This document shows positions 27,406 to 37,674 of a stretch of 64,000 bases of DNA, piece after piece. The notes under the pieces are model-generated. The model was not told the origin of the DNA, did not search any database, and saw nothing but the letters and a program-made list of their open reading frames with translations. Location: assembly GCA_009924895.1 (NCBI GenBank), contig RFQR01000002.1:1368-65367 (forward strand). The letters are read 5' to 3'. Position numbers and translations under genes: made by a program. The stretch's first letter is position 1. Each line of letters opens with the position of its first letter. The stretch comes from a bacterium. Its GTDB lineage: Bacteria; Patescibacteriota; Minisyncoccia; Phycocordibacterales; UBA2100.

Positions 27406-28326
27406 TCACTGCGAATCAAATATCACTGAGAGGTAGGGATCAATCTCGCGTTGGGTCATGTTGTAGAAACGTTCGTTTTTGAGGTACAAATCTGTTGCGA
27501 GACGGATGCCGACAAATCGCCAGTGCCACGGCTCAAATATGTAACTTTTATTTTCGCGAGGATACGAAAGAATAAAACCAAAGCGATATGCGTTTTTGCT
27601 AAGCCAGTCATAGGCCGGAGTTTTTTCAAATCCAGCGAGCACTGAACCATTTTGAGGTGATACAAAATCGAGGGTCGTGCCGAGTTGATGTTCTGAATAT
27701 CCTTGATCGGCAGAAAAAGAGTTCGCACCGGAACCGTAGGTAATGGTGTACGCGTTTTTTAGTTGTTTCTGTTCTTTGAACGAACGGTACGACGACTTTA
27801 TTTTGATCGGGACTCCTTCTGATTGTGCAGTGTCTATCATCGCCTTAAGTAGGGGCCATGCTTCTACGATAAATTTCTGGGAGACTCCTGTATTTGAAAC
27901 GTACTCCGAAGGTATGTCGGTCAAATGTTTTGGGGTGTAGTTTTCGCTCAAGAAATATACTTTCGAGTACTGGCTTAAAAGTTCGGGATCAGTTTGAGAA
28001 AGTTTTTGGAGTGTGCCGACGGTACTCGTGACCGTCCCCACAGTTTGCTCTATACCGCCAATGCGGCTATTTACTGCATCGATATGCTGCTGTGCGTTCG
28101 TGACCACTTGTGATAGACCGTCGGTCTGAGCGTTGACCTTATTGACCGCGGTTGTGAGCGTGACGATGTCATTGGAGAGTGATTGTGTTTGAAGGGCGAG
28201 TGAGTTGACGGTATTTTGCAGGTGAAGTTGTTGCCATACCGCGTAGGATGAAAGAGTGATAGATAGAGTCAAGGCGATGCCACTATATAACGAACTGGTA
28301 CTAATCGCGCCTCGCTCAGAAGTCAT
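27406..28326 (-). CDS. M15B (VanY-like) D-Ala-D-Ala carboxypeptidase with TM and coiled coil
   Basis: SYRS, SEHQLG..D, EPWHWRF. Confidence 0.88.
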   Translation of the reverse strand: MTSERGAISTSSLYSGIALTLSITLSSYAVWQQLHLQNTVNSLALQTQSLSNDIVTLTTAVNKVNAQTDGLSQVVTNAQQHIDAVNSRIGGIEQTVGTVTSTVGTLQKLSQTDPELLSQYSKVYFLSENYTPKHLTDIPSEYVSNTGVSQKFIVEAWPLLKAMIDTAQSEGVPIKIKSSYRSFKEQKQLKNAYTITYGSGANSFSADQGYSEHQLGTTLDFVSPQNGSVLAGFEKTPAYDWLSKNAYRFGFILSYPRENKSYIFEPWHWRFVGIRLATDLYLKNERFYNMTQREIDPYLSVIFDSQ

Positions 28327-28396
28327 GACTTTATTGTAAAGGAAAAACGATTTCGTCGGTACTGCCAGGGGTTTAATTTTCTGATATAACAAGGTC

Positions 28397-29047
28397 ATGT
28401 CAAATTTTTTGGGAGAAGTCCGGGTGTCCGTGCCGCCGACGTCAATAATCTCGAGCGTAACGCTCATGGAGTGTGAGGGACTCACTCTTCAGAAAAGCAT
28501 GAATTTTCGCGAGGAGCCGCATGCCGTCTTTTTGGTGCTTTCACGCGACGATGGCACCTATAAAGAAGAAATACGCGATGGGCTGCTTGTACTTGAAGGT
28601 CACGATTCTGTGGGTGCAGAAGGTGGGGGTGCGGGAGCAGATCAGATGCTTCAGTATGCAGGTGGGAAGCTTACGGAGAATGGGAAATTTTTTAAGGCAG
28701 CACAGGAGTATGAGGGGAGAGTGCGCGAGCCGCTGAATGTGCAAGTATATGAAAAGCTAGACGCAGGTGCATGCTTTGATAAGGGTCTATTTGATTTAGT
28801 TGGTGCAGAACGCACGAAAGAAGAGGGAAGGACGGTGTTCAAGTTCTTCCTGCGTCCTTGTGGAGATGAATACGTCGCTGGCACGCTGAAACAAGAGCGT
28901 ATGCTGAGTGCTATGGAGAAACAACAAATATGGTCGCGCACACATGGGCGATGTGAAGGGTGCGGTGCACAAGAAAATCTTCGTTTTGTAGATGAACAAC
29001 TTGTCTGTATGAAAGATAGAGGAGAGGGCAGCGGAATGCTGGGATAA
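28397..29047 (+). CDS. SRA-like/HNH-family protein with degenerate HNH site
   Basis: LQKSMNF..LEGHD..LTENGKF..VYEK..FKF N-domain; RCEGCG then no DH/HNH residues. Confidence 0.55.
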   Translation: MSNFLGEVRVSVPPTSIISSVTLMECEGLTLQKSMNFREEPHAVFLVLSRDDGTYKEEIRDGLLVLEGHDSVGAEGGGAGADQMLQYAGGKLTENGKFFKAAQEYEGRVREPLNVQVYEKLDAGACFDKGLFDLVGAERTKEEGRTVFKFFLRPCGDEYVAGTLKQERMLSAMEKQQIWSRTHGRCEGCGAQENLRFVDEQLVCMKDRGEGSGMLG

Positions 29048-29073
29048 GCATTTTCTCCATAACAGTGTCGTAT

Positions 29074-30315
29074 CTAGCGTACTCCTACTTCTTGCAAATA
29101 CGCACGGATGAATTGTTTGCACCCGATGTCTTCTTCACGAGTCGTGCCTTGTCCGCAGCCGTGAGGTGCAGGATCGGGTCGGCCACAAATCATGCCGTGG
29201 CAGTGATAGTACGCGCATTTGTCGGGACGAGAGAGGTGGAGTGCGGTGGGGAAGTTTCTCGTGCGAGCCTCATTTTCTTTTTGTATCTGTTTGGTTCGCG
29301 CTGCAATTTGTGTTTGGACTTCACGGAGCTCATCAGTCAAAGTATTTTTTTCCGCTTGGCGTCTCTCGAGCAATCGCTGATAGAATTCAAGCGACGATTC
29401 AATTGACACTTTTCGCTCCGCGCGCAGTGCATTCAAGGTTCCCTCGAACTGTGTTCGTGTGCTCTCCGGAGGGATGTAGGTACCAACTTCCCTCAAGTCA
29501 CGCTGCAATGAACTCATACGCTTTTTGATGTTGTTTATACTGTCTTCTGTGGATTGTATTTCGGAAGGCAGTGCCGCAGCTCTCTGTTGCAGAGCAACTA
29601 ATTCAGAATCAGTGCTGAGACTTATGAGTTGACAGTTTTGTATCTCAACGGGAGCTGCTCCGTCTTGTGGAAGTCTTGCGATGCGAGGATCTTCGGTAAA
29701 TTGTTTTGCACCAGTTGGTGGGTGGCATGCTTTTTCTCGTGCATCAAGCGCACTGAAAGCTGCTTTGAGCGCCGTTCGCATTGTTCGAGTGTTTTCTTCG
29801 AACGTGTCTCGACTGTTTTTTATGGATGCGTCGTATGCATCAAAGCACGCTTTCGTGTCCGACTGTTCGTACGGCACATTGGGCTTTGGTGGATTTGCTT
29901 GACGACACTGGTCGAGCGCCTCTTTCGATTTTTTGTACGTTGCGTACGCGTTGTCGCTTTTTTGAAAATAGGCGGTAAATTCAGCATGCGATGTGCTGTC
30001 GGCGGGCGAGGGGATACCATTGAATCCTGCGACTGCTGCGTCGCGTGTTTTTTGCGCCGCTGCGTAGGGGTCGACTGGTTCTGCGTTTAAACAGCGGCTG
30101 AGACGTTCGTCGATTGCAGCTTTTTCTTCAGTAAACATTTAAACCCTGGCGGTGACACCTGAATCGTACAATGACTGCAACTGCGTACGAGCGCTGTCGA
30201 TGTCGACGCACGCTGTTTTTTCAGCGTCAAAATTTTTCAGCGAAAGGATGACACCAAGAACCACTGCCGCCGCTACGGCGACACCACCAACAATCGTTGA
30301 TGTTTTCGTATTCAT
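29074..30315 (-). pseudogene. Secreted or anchored coiled-coil Cys-rich protein split by one in-frame TAA
   Basis: ORFs 30139-30315 and 29074-30138 are in the same frame, separated only by TAA at 30139-41. Confidence 0.6.
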
Positions 30316-30420
30316 ACCGATAGGGTGGGTATACGCCTTGTTTTGGGAGCGCAAAAACTAATGCTGTCCTGCCTTGCACACATGGCAGGCGACGTTCTAC
30401 GCCGCCTGCCGCCAAGTGTT

Positions 30421-30816
30421 TTACTTGGTAAACCACTCTTTGAGCCAACTCTTCATCTGCGCTATTTCACCCGACTGCACGGTAATGATTTCGTTACCAA
30501 ATTTCACCAATTCTGGTCGCTTGGTTCCCGCGAGCAACTCTTTTGCCATGTCGACTGCGCCTTGGTGGTGCACTATCATTTCTTCGAGAAATGCTTTTTC
30601 CAACTCTGCACCCGTTTTTCCTTTCATACCCATCATCACTCCTTGCATCGATGATTTCATGGTGTCGCTTTGCATTTCTGCTTGGTTTTGCATCATGCTT
30701 CCATCCGGCATCATGTGCATGTTCGTCGGTGGGGCAGCGTGGGAGCCTGCGCCGTAGCCAATACCCAGACCAATAATGAGACTCAAGAGTGTTGTAACGA
30801 ATGTTTTTGTTTCCAT
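30421..30816 (-). CDS. DUF305-family (CopM-like) protein
   Basis: FLEEMIVHHQGAVDMA..Q..EI..M; Met-rich. Confidence 0.85.
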   Translation of the reverse strand: METKTFVTTLLSLIIGLGIGYGAGSHAAPPTNMHMMPDGSMMQNQAEMQSDTMKSSMQGVMMGMKGKTGAELEKAFLEEMIVHHQGAVDMAKELLAGTKRPELVKFGNEIITVQSGEIAQMKSWLKEWFTK

Positions 30817-31014
30817 CTTTTTATTATAATGTAGTGTCGCTTATGCTCAAAAGAGAGTGTATTATTCATACATATTGCAGAAATATTTGAATTTGGTTCT
30901 CATAAAAAGAGTGCAGTAGAAAAGCCGTGAGGGGTCTATGGGGAAGCAACACCTGAGGCCTTCAATTCCCTTAAAGAAGAGTGTGTACGTTTACGCGATG
31001 AGCTGGTACCGATC

Positions 31015-31239
31015 ATGGAATCGAAAAGAGCAAAAATAAAAGATGACATGGTTGATCCAGAAACGGGTCAGAAAGTAGTTTCTCTTGCTCATTTGAGGGA
31101 GAAACGTGAATCTGATCGTGTGGCACTTTATGCTATCTATCCGTACAATCTGCTCATTACCTACGCAAACCTGCCATATCTTGCATGGGTTTCTTTTGCG
31201 AGTGTCTTCCAGCTGACGATAACGTATTTAAATTGGTAG
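31015..31239 (+). pseudogene. Chimeric remnant ending in a TspO/MBR C-terminal helix
   Basis: NLPYLAWVSFASVFQLTITYLNW matches TspO TM5; N-part unrelated and hydrophilic. Confidence 0.6.
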
Positions 31240-31248
31240 AATCAGTCC

Positions 31249-31806
31249 GTGCACACAATTACCCTCAATGGTGCAGAAGTGGAATATGAGCTGCGCACGA
31301 GTAAACGCTCGCGCGGTGTGCGGCTGTCGCTACGTCCAGGGAAGGGACTCGTTGTTACGAAGCCAAGACTTGTGCCGACGTTTTTAGTGGAAAACTTTCT
31401 GCACAAAAAAGCGGATTGGATACTCAAACATGTCGAGCGCATCAAAAATACTCCCGACTATTTGGTCCACAAGGGAGCAAAGCGAGAATTTGAAAAACAC
31501 AAAGATAAGGCGCTCGTGCTTGCACACGAGCGCCTCGAGCAATTCAACAAATTTTACAATTTTACGTACAAGAAAGTAACTGTCCGCAACCAAAAGACGC
31601 GATGGGGGAGTTGTTCTCGTACAGGCACCATCTCTTTTAGTTATCGCATCGCGCTGTTACCCAAAGAGCTCGCAGACTACATTGTGGTCCACGAGCTCTG
31701 CCACCTGGGCGCCTTTAACCACTCGCGGGCCTTTTGGGCACTCGTGGAGAAGACCGTACCAAACCATCGTGAGCTGCGGGCACACCTGCGCGGGCGGTTA
31801 AGCTGA
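31249..31806 (+). CDS. YgjP/DUF45 (M48-like) metal-dependent hydrolase
   Basis: RWGSCS, HELCH, NHSRAFW. Confidence 0.88.
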   Translation: MHTITLNGAEVEYELRTSKRSRGVRLSLRPGKGLVVTKPRLVPTFLVENFLHKKADWILKHVERIKNTPDYLVHKGAKREFEKHKDKALVLAHERLEQFNKFYNFTYKKVTVRNQKTRWGSCSRTGTISFSYRIALLPKELADYIVVHELCHLGAFNHSRAFWALVEKTVPNHRELRAHLRGRLS

Positions 31807-31840
31807 GGTATACTGACAATACTATCCCTAACAAACACCT

Positions 31841-32605
31841 ATGACATTTTTAGCACCCGTTCTGGTTCTTCTTATTATCTTCCTCGCGCTCTCATTGCGT
31901 GTGGTCAAAGAGTACGAGCGCGGTGTTATCTTTTTCTTGGGTAAATGCACGGGCATCCGCGGTCCCGGTCTCATCATTTTGATTCCAGTCTTGGAACAAA
32001 TGACACGAGTCCAGCTGCGCACCGTCACCATGGCGATTCCGTCACAGAAAATCATCTCAAAAGATAACGTGTCAATCGATATTGCTGCGGTGGCGTACTA
32101 TCACGTCGTTGATCCGGTCAAGGCAACGAATGCTATCGAAGATGTCTATTCTGCCGTAAATCAGATCAGTCAAACGACGGTACGAAATGTGGTCGGACAG
32201 TTCCAGCTCGACCAACTGCTTTCACAAACAGGAGACATTAATTCTCAAATTAAAAACGTGATCGATAGTCATACCGAGCCATGGGGTGTGCAAGTAACGG
32301 CAGTTGAAATCAAAGACATCGTGCTTCCTGATAATATGCAGCGAGCAATGGCGAAAGAAGCAGAGGCAGAACGCGAACGCCGCGCAAAAGTTGTTGCGGC
32401 ACAAGGTGAGTATCAAGCAGCACAAAAGCTCGGCGAGGCAGCGGACATTATGGCAGCCCACCCGGTTGCGCTCCAGCTGCGTACGCTCCAGACGATGGCA
32501 GAAATTAGTGTTGAGAAGAACTCAACTATTATTTTTCCTGCGCAGTTTATGACGACGGTGCAGGAGGCGTTCAAGATGCTCAAGGCAGATAGTCAAAAGT
32601 CCTAA
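31841..32605 (+). CDS. SPFH/stomatin-like (slipin) protein
   Basis: YERGVIF, SKDNV, AEAERERRAK, LQLRTLQT. Confidence 0.9.
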   Translation: MTFLAPVLVLLIIFLALSLRVVKEYERGVIFFLGKCTGIRGPGLIILIPVLEQMTRVQLRTVTMAIPSQKIISKDNVSIDIAAVAYYHVVDPVKATNAIEDVYSAVNQISQTTVRNVVGQFQLDQLLSQTGDINSQIKNVIDSHTEPWGVQVTAVEIKDIVLPDNMQRAMAKEAEAERERRAKVVAAQGEYQAAQKLGEAADIMAAHPVALQLRTLQTMAEISVEKNSTIIFPAQFMTTVQEAFKMLKADSQKS

Positions 32606-32607
32606 CA

Positions 32608-32835
32608 ATGGCCCAGGCAAAAGTCATTCGTACGAATCCCAAATTGTGGGAGGCATGTAAAAAAGAAGTGCTCGAAAAGGTAGGTAAGTTTTCGGCACGT
32701 GCTATGCAGCAGGCAGTAGTGCTTTACAAAAAACGCGGTGGTGAGTATACCAGTACAAAAAGCTCCGACAATTCGCTGGTGAAATGGAATAAAAAGCAAA
32801 AGACTAAAAAGCCCTATCGTTCAGAAATGGAATGA
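32608..32835 (+). CDS. Small basic hypothetical protein
   Basis: RTNPKLWE..SARAMQQAV..YKKRGGEY; follows slipin. Confidence 0.6.
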   Translation: MAQAKVIRTNPKLWEACKKEVLEKVGKFSARAMQQAVVLYKKRGGEYTSTKSSDNSLVKWNKKQKTKKPYRSEME

Positions 32836-32973
32836 CGAGCACGGCGGCACTTTTCTGAACAGTACACGACCTGCTCCCATTGGCTTCGGCTTTCCCAGGA
32901 TTTTCTATTTGAAAATGCTCGTGCGCATACGGGGCACGTTTTGTTTTGTTGGAGTATGGTTTTCTTTTTCACG

Positions 32974-34479
32974 TTAGTGGTCGCGGGCTGGGCTGTCGTG
33001 TTTTAGCCCATATCGCTTGAGTGCCTGTGCTCGTGCTTCTTTGTGAGGCACAATCGGTTGTGGCGTCAGTACACGTTCGCCAAGCCAGAGGCGCTGATAT
33101 GCACCCGATGTGTCATAATTTTCTGCTTGCAATTCGGGATTAAAAATCCGAATTGGTTTGGGATCAGCACCAACAGATGCTCCCCACTGCCAGCCACCGT
33201 TGTTGGACGCTTCGTCGAGGTCAATGAGTGCCGCGCGGAAGTATTCTTGGCCCCAGCGCCAATCAACACCGAGATTTTTAGTGAGCACGCTCGCAACTAT
33301 CATGCGGGCACGATTATGCATCCAGCCTGTTGTTGTGATTTGTTCCATCGCAGCATCGACGATTGGGTAGCCAGTTTTGCCCTGTATCCATGCAGTAAAA
33401 CGTATAAGTGCCACGGAATCTTTTTCCCACGCCACGGTATTACGAAATTTTTTCTGAAATTCTTCGTTCTGTAAGTTCGGGTAATGATAGTAGAGATATT
33501 TGTAAAATTCGCGCCAGATGAGTTCTGAAAGATACGCAACTGGACCTTCGGGGAGGTGAATCGCATCGAGGTGGTCGAGTTTGTTGTGATAGTGCTTTTG
33601 AATTTCAGATTTTAGGGTGCGTGCAGAAACGAGACCCCACGCGAGTGCGAGAGACATGCGCGAAGTTGCTCCTGTTTGTGGCGGGTGTGTTGGTTCGGTC
33701 ACGGTGTCTGCGGCGAGAGAATTGCGTTGCGTTTTGTAGTGAGTGAGATGTCCGTTATCGAGAAACCACGCGAAGCGCAGCAATGCTTCTTTTTCAGACG
33801 TGTACCATGTCTCCAACTGTGGCGGTGGGGTGAACGTGTCGAGGTCGATGGTGTGTGTGCCAACGAGGAGTGTGCGCGAGCTTCCAAGCGCTTTCGTGAG
33901 GTATTCAGTCGTGCAGGGAACTGCATCTGGGAGTGATGCGAGAAAATCGGCACTTGGATACTGCGCATCGCTTGGTTTGGAGAGTGGCATTTCTTCTGCA
34001 AGCATAAACTGACTCCAAACAGCATTTTTAAAGGGGGTAAAGACACTGTAGTAGTCGCGCGCACCAGTTTTTGTCTCGCGTTCGACGGTGAGTTGGTCTT
34101 TCAAAATATGTACCGTGATGCCGTACGTTGTCAGCCACTTTACTTGGCGATAAAAATCAGGATGAACGTCCTCGTTTACATAGATAGTGATGGTCGCTTT
34201 TTGAGCGAGTGACTCAAATACTTTTATTGCAACACCGCGCAGGACTGCAAAGCGAGTAAAATGATGCGCAAACGACGGGAGTGCGCGTGAAATGAAAAAA
34301 CGAGAGGGGAGCCCAAACTGTTGACTCGGATTTCCTGCGCACATGTAATTCTCAAGAATAAATAGTGGCAAAAAAGCTTTGTTTTTTGACTTACTTTCGG
34401 CAAGTGCCTTGTAGAGTGCGGGATTATCCCGCATACGAAAATCGCGCCGTGCCCAATAAATAATGAGTTCTTTATTCAC
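32974..34479 (-). CDS. phrB: Deoxyribodipyrimidine photolyase (class I CPD-like)
   Basis: RRDFRMRDNPAL, WREFY, GKTGYPIVDAAM, WMHNRARM, NNGGWQW. Confidence 0.88.
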   Translation of the reverse strand: MNKELIIYWARRDFRMRDNPALYKALAESKSKNKAFLPLFILENYMCAGNPSQQFGLPSRFFISRALPSFAHHFTRFAVLRGVAIKVFESLAQKATITIYVNEDVHPDFYRQVKWLTTYGITVHILKDQLTVERETKTGARDYYSVFTPFKNAVWSQFMLAEEMPLSKPSDAQYPSADFLASLPDAVPCTTEYLTKALGSSRTLLVGTHTIDLDTFTPPPQLETWYTSEKEALLRFAWFLDNGHLTHYKTQRNSLAADTVTEPTHPPQTGATSRMSLALAWGLVSARTLKSEIQKHYHNKLDHLDAIHLPEGPVAYLSELIWREFYKYLYYHYPNLQNEEFQKKFRNTVAWEKDSVALIRFTAWIQGKTGYPIVDAAMEQITTTGWMHNRARMIVASVLTKNLGVDWRWGQEYFRAALIDLDEASNNGGWQWGASVGADPKPIRIFNPELQAENYDTSGAYQRLWLGERVLTPQPIVPHKEARAQALKRYGLKHDSPARDH

Positions 34480-34516
34480 GCTGGTAGTGTAGCACAGGGC
34501 TTGATACCATGGTGGT

Positions 34517-34813
34517 ATGGATTATATGCATGGCGGAATGGGTATGGGGTTTGGATTACCAGTTATGTTTGGTTCGTTTTTTTTCATTATTCTCATTTGG
34601 AGTCTTTTGTGGAAAGGACTCGCACTCTGGCGCGCTGCAAAACGTGACGATAACTGGTGGTTTGTTGCATTTCTTATTTTGAACACAGCGGGTATTTTGG
34701 AAATCGTCTATCTCTTTGCAGTGACGGGTGCTAAATTATCTGACTTTACCGGTCCACTTACCTCGCAGGCATCAGGCGCGGCGCAGCCAGAAAAGAAAGA
34801 TGTTCAGAGCTAG
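34517..34813 (+). CDS. DUF5652-like small membrane protein
   Basis: WKGLALWRAA..WF..NTAGILEIVY. Confidence 0.75.
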   Translation: MDYMHGGMGMGFGLPVMFGSFFFIILIWSLLWKGLALWRAAKRDDNWWFVAFLILNTAGILEIVYLFAVTGAKLSDFTGPLTSQASGAAQPEKKDVQS

Positions 34814-35621
34814 TGTTGCAGCAGGGTTTCTTGTGGCACCTGCGTACGTGTTTGCGTTCGCTGTTTCTCCACCCACCCCAATTCAAGGTGAGGCAATTCT
34901 TCTACGTTTTCCTGAGCCGGTGTCGCAGGTCCGAGTGGCTGGTGGAGATGCGCCGATGGTCCACGTCGGCACCTCAAGCGTTGCACTTTACGCTTTTGGC
35001 CTCACGACTCGGGCAGGGAGCTACCCCGTGTCATGGAGGGATATGCATGGGGGGCGCGCCACCTCTACCATTTTTCTTACTTCACGTACGCGCTCGTCCG
35101 CTACCATGGATATACCAAAAAAACTCGGAGGGACGACAGCGAAAAACGCCAAGCGCGTAGTCTCTCTTCTTGAAAAAGAAAATACAAAAATTATGTCACT
35201 TCGCTCACATACGAAACAGTTATGGAGCGAAGCGTTCATACTTCCGCTCCTGAATCCCGTCGTGACTGATCCGTATGGGTATATTCGAGAGACAGCGGGT
35301 GCAGAGATTACGCATAAAGGAACTGATTATCGCGCGGCGGTAGGTACGCCGGTTATGGCAATGAATCGAGGTATCGTGCGGATGGTGCGTGCTTCTCCCG
35401 TATACGGAAAAACGATTGTGGTTGATCATGGGCAGGGATTGTTTACACTCTACATGCATCTCTCGCGTATTTCTGTCTCAACGGGTGAATTGATAGAGCG
35501 AGGAAGCGTGATAGGAAAAAGCGGTGCAACAGGGTACGCTGAGCATCCTCACTTACATGTGTCGGTGCGACTTTCTGGTGAATCGGTCGATCCAGTCGCA
35601 TTTTTAAAGTTGTTTGAATAA
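34800..35621 (+). CDS. M23 family metallopeptidase
   Basis: HKGTD, YMHLS, PHLH. Confidence 0.88.
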   Translation: MFRASVAAGFLVAPAYVFAFAVSPPTPIQGEAILLRFPEPVSQVRVAGGDAPMVHVGTSSVALYAFGLTTRAGSYPVSWRDMHGGRATSTIFLTSRTRSSATMDIPKKLGGTTAKNAKRVVSLLEKENTKIMSLRSHTKQLWSEAFILPLLNPVVTDPYGYIRETAGAEITHKGTDYRAAVGTPVMAMNRGIVRMVRASPVYGKTIVVDHGQGLFTLYMHLSRISVSTGELIERGSVIGKSGATGYAEHPHLHVSVRLSGESVDPVAFLKLFE

Positions 35622-35723
35622 GTAAAGAGGGCGGCATGATGCCGCCCTCCCATACTCCTCAGATAAGCCTTTGGTTACACTGCTCGGTCGTTCTATTCGA
35701 AGACTTGGCTTCGACCACCGCTT

Positions 35724-36119
35724 TCACCGAGAGAGCGCGGTGCGAGATGTGGCGTGAACGTCGTGGCGTGCCTCGGCATGAGGCGGAGAGCCGATGTTCT
35801 TTCCGACGGCATAGCCGATTCGGGAGATGAACTCACCAAGCTCGATTGGGGTGCAGCGGACTATCCGTGCAATCGTTGCGTATTGTCGCACGATACTTTT
35901 GACGAGAGCGATGCGCTGAGCGCTATCCCTGCTGTTCGACGACTGCACCCCTCTCAACTTTCGAAAGTCAAATCGGGTTCCTGCTTCGTCTTTAAACCCC
36001 GAGTGCCAGAGCAGATCGGAGACTGCACCATTTCGCGCACTGGTTTTTCCTTCAATGGTCAGTGCGTTTCTCAGCAGCTTGAGCGCAAGTTCGTGCATCT
36101 TTCGATTGGTCAACGTCAT
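35724..36119 (-). CDS. Hypothetical protein
   Basis: ORF fills the gap between M23 and pyrF; start uncertain. Confidence 0.4.
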   Translation of the reverse strand: MTLTNRKMHELALKLLRNALTIEGKTSARNGAVSDLLWHSGFKDEAGTRFDFRKLRGVQSSNSRDSAQRIALVKSIVRQYATIARIVRCTPIELGEFISRIGYAVGKNIGSPPHAEARHDVHATSRTALSR

Positions 36120-36226
36120 TGAGAGTTGCCTCGTGAGAAGTACTACGCGGAAATGCGTAGCGTTCGCACGATACTCAATTTTCAGGGAACGGTCAATTGC
36201 TGCACCGGTGATGCTATACTGCCGGC

Positions 36227-37039
36227 ATGCATTCATGGTCAGAAAAAATACAGGCTCAGTGGAGTAAAAAAAACTATCTCTGCATCGGTCTTGATCCCGA
36301 TCGTACCAAGCTTCCGCTGCAGAGGGCTAGTGCTTCGGAAACAATAACCGCTTTTAATTGCGCTCTTATCGATGCAACAAAAGACAGTGTTGCAGCATAT
36401 AAACCGAACACAGCATTTTATGAAGCATATGGCGAAGAGGGGTGGACCGCACTCAAAGCAACGTGTGACTATATCCGATCAGCAGTGCCTGAAGTGGCAA
36501 TTATTCTTGATGCAAAACGGGGTGATATTGGCACCACGAATGAAGGATACGTACAGATGGCATTTGATTTCCTGAAAGCCGATGCGATCACGGTACAGCC
36601 ATACCTCGGAGGAGAAGCGCTGAGGCCATTTCTGGAGCATGTGGACAAAGGAATAATAGTGCTCTGTAAAACATCTAATCAGGGCAGCGCAGAATTTCAA
36701 AATATTGTAACCGCTGACGGCCCCTTATATATTCATGTTGCAAAGCGAGTCGCACATAAGTGGAATGAGAACAACAACTGCGCACTCGTTATTGGTGCCA
36801 CATATATCGATGAGCTGCAGGCAGTGCGTGAAGCGACACCGGATATCCCGCTTCTCATTCCTGGTATTGGTGCGCAGGGAGGAGATCTCGGCGCGACAGT
36901 ACGTGCGGGAGCGCGGAACATGATTATCGCAATTTCGCGCTCTATTATCTACGCTTCACAGGGCCCTGATTTTGCCGAGGCTGCTCGCGCTGAAGCGCAA
37001 AAATATCATAGCGCGATACAAGAGGCGCTGGTACAATAG
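36227..37039 (+). CDS. pyrF: Orotidine-5'-phosphate decarboxylase
   Basis: LCIGLDP, DAKRGDIGTT, PGIGAQGG. Confidence 0.93.
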   Translation: MHSWSEKIQAQWSKKNYLCIGLDPDRTKLPLQRASASETITAFNCALIDATKDSVAAYKPNTAFYEAYGEEGWTALKATCDYIRSAVPEVAIILDAKRGDIGTTNEGYVQMAFDFLKADAITVQPYLGGEALRPFLEHVDKGIIVLCKTSNQGSAEFQNIVTADGPLYIHVAKRVAHKWNENNNCALVIGATYIDELQAVREATPDIPLLIPGIGAQGGDLGATVRAGARNMIIAISRSIIYASQGPDFAEAARAEAQKYHSAIQEALVQ

Positions 37040-37044
37040 CCATT

Positions 37045-37674
37045 ATGGTCACTGATTCTGAAGCACTCCAGATTTTAGAAGACGCAGGCGCGTTTCGCGC
37101 CGGACACTTTGTCTATACATCAGGACGACATGGAGATAAATATGTCAATAAAGATGCGCTCTATGTGACGACTCGTGAAGTGTCGCGCCTCTGCGAAGCG
37201 ATGGCGGCACGAGCGCTCGAGCACGCGCCGGAAGCGGTTATTGGCCCTGCGGTTGGTGCCGCTATTTTAGCACAGTGGACCGCGCACCACCTCTCTCTTA
37301 TGACAGGGGAAGATATTGCTGCTGTCTATGCCGACAAAGATGGACAAGGTGGATTTGTTATAAAGCGCGGCTACGACAAAGTAATTAAAGGTAAAAAGGT
37401 ACTTGTGGTGGAAGATTTAGTGACAACGGGAGGATCAATTAAAAAAGTCATCGACTGTGTAAAGAATGTTGAGGCCACTATCGTTGGAGCAATTGCAATT
37501 TGTAATCGCGGTGGTGTCACCAAGAAAGATATTTCAAACCCACCCCTTTTCGAGGCGCTGGTAAATGTGCACTTAAGCTCATGGGAAGAAAAAGAGTGCG
37601 AGCTCTGTAAACGTGGCATCCCTGTATCGGTTGACGTGGGTCACGGGAAAGATTTTACCGCAAAAAAGAAATAG
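37045..37674 (+). CDS. pyrE: Orotate phosphoribosyltransferase
   Basis: GHFVYTSGRH, VVEDLVTTGGS; adjacent to pyrF. Confidence 0.85.
   Translation: MVTDSEALQILEDAGAFRAGHFVYTSGRHGDKYVNKDALYVTTREVSRLCEAMAARALEHAPEAVIGPAVGAAILAQWTAHHLSLMTGEDIAAVYADKDGQGGFVIKRGYDKVIKGKKVLVVEDLVTTGGSIKKVIDCVKNVEATIVGAIAICNRGGVTKKDISNPPLFEALVNVHLSSWEEKECELCKRGIPVSVDVGHGKDFTAKKK

Noticed and set aside
26481-30141. Stop-codon reassignment suggested by in-frame stops
   Set aside because: The interrupting stops are TAA/TAG in accessory genes only; housekeeping genes are intact and end in TAA, TAG or TGA.
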